Shown here: in pieces, positions 35,902-36,503 of the stretch
Layout: each line of letters opens with the position of its first letter
Numbering within the stretch: the stretch's first letter is position 1
Source of the DNA: Candidatus Woesearchaeota archaeon
GTDB lineage: Archaea; Nanobdellota; Nanobdellia; Woesearchaeales; DATGWN01
Assembly (NCBI GenBank): GCA_047639395.1
Contig: JBLINR010000003.1
Span: 1 to 36,503 of the forward strand
Direction: 5' to 3'
Length of the DNA stretch: 36,503 nucleotides
Program-made: the position numbers and the translations under genes
Notes under the pieces: model-generated
The model's database searches: none
Told to the model about the DNA's origin: nothing
What the model saw: the letters and a program-made list of their open reading frames with translations, nothing else

Positions 35902-36503
35902 ATGAAAACAATTACTGAGCAAAGTGCAATCATTGATGTTGAAGAAACAGAGATTGCAACTCGTGATATGGATGTTTTTTATAATCCGAAAATGAAACAT
36001 AATCGAGATGTGAGTGTTGCTCTATTAGCATCTTTAAAGAATCCTGTTAAAACAATAGGACTTCCTATGTGTGCAACTGGTGTACGCGCGATACGTTTTG
36101 CCAAAGAACTTTCTGGTGATTTAACTATTACTGCAAATGACTTAAGTCCACTTGCTATTTCACGTGCAAAACAGTTTGCAAAAAAGAATGGTGTTTCTAT
36201 TACTTGGTCGCAAGGTCAGTCCGATTTATTTTTTTGTAATAGTACTGGACTTGATTACATTGATATTGATCCATTTGGTTCTCCAAATCCTTTTTTAGAC
36301 ATGGCTATGAAACGGCTTAATCGAGGTGGTATCCTTGCAGTAAGTGCAACTGATACTGCTGCACTTTGTGGTACAAGTGATGCAGCATGTATTCGTAAAT
36401 ATAACGGGAAAACAAGTCGTAGTGAATTAAAATATGAAGCTGGTGTTCGAATTCTTATTCGAAAAGTTCAAGAGGTTGGTGCACAGTATGATAAGGCGTT
36501 GAC
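35902..36503 (+). CDS. trm1: tRNA (guanine(26)-N2)-dimethyltransferase Trm1, 3'-truncated by the window edge
   Basis: Not in the ORF track. Manual translation gives MKTITEQ...VFYNPKMKHNRDVSV...ATGVRAIR...ANDLSP...DYIDIDPFGSP...GGILAVSATDTAALCG...RKY...E.GVRILI. Confidence 0.93.
   Translation, partial: MKTITEQSAIIDVEETEIATRDMDVFYNPKMKHNRDVSVALLASLKNPVKTIGLPMCATGVRAIRFAKELSGDLTITANDLSPLAISRAKQFAKKNGVSITWSQGQSDLFFCNSTGLDYIDIDPFGSPNPFLDMAMKRLNRGGILAVSATDTAALCGTSDAACIRKYNGKTSRSELKYEAGVRILIRKVQEVGAQYDKAL

Noticed and set aside
1-36503. Conjugative element, provirus, diversity-generating retroelement or RNA genes
   Set aside because: I saw no integrase, relaxase, capsid, reverse transcriptase, near-identical TR/VR pair or tRNA/rRNA-like segment by eye, and housekeeping genes are interspersed. 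A covariance-model scan was not possible.

Overview
AT-rich archaeal DNA in which every credible gene lies on the + strand. SepF, DUF655, Trm1, BRE/TATA promoters and class III (QxSxE) pilins point to an archaeon, most likely a DPANN lineage such as Woesearchaeales (inferred from gene content only). The window opens inside a giant gene (>4,600 aa, 5' end outside the window). It encodes repeated right-handed beta-helix (NosD/CASH-like) modules, many Ig-like domains, one transmembrane segment and a cytoplasmic HerA/FtsK/VirB4-type (DUF87-like) ATPase. Next come a coiled-coil protein with a histone-H1-like Lys-rich tail, sepF, DUF655, a membrane protein, a DsbA-family oxidoreductase, a stand-alone (KKVAK)n basic protein, a large membrane-anchored surface protein and two long coiled-coil proteins. 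These are followed by a type IV pilus locus: a TadA/VirB11-like ATPase with an extra wHTH-like N-terminus, two TadB/TadC-like platform proteins, nine class III signal peptide proteins (one carrying a LamG domain) and an embedded KaiC-like ATPase. The window ends in a partial trm1. The main candidate for an undescribed system is the adhesin-TM-translocase ATPase fusion beside the pilus locus, which may be a host-contact and macromolecule-transfer apparatus. That function is inference.
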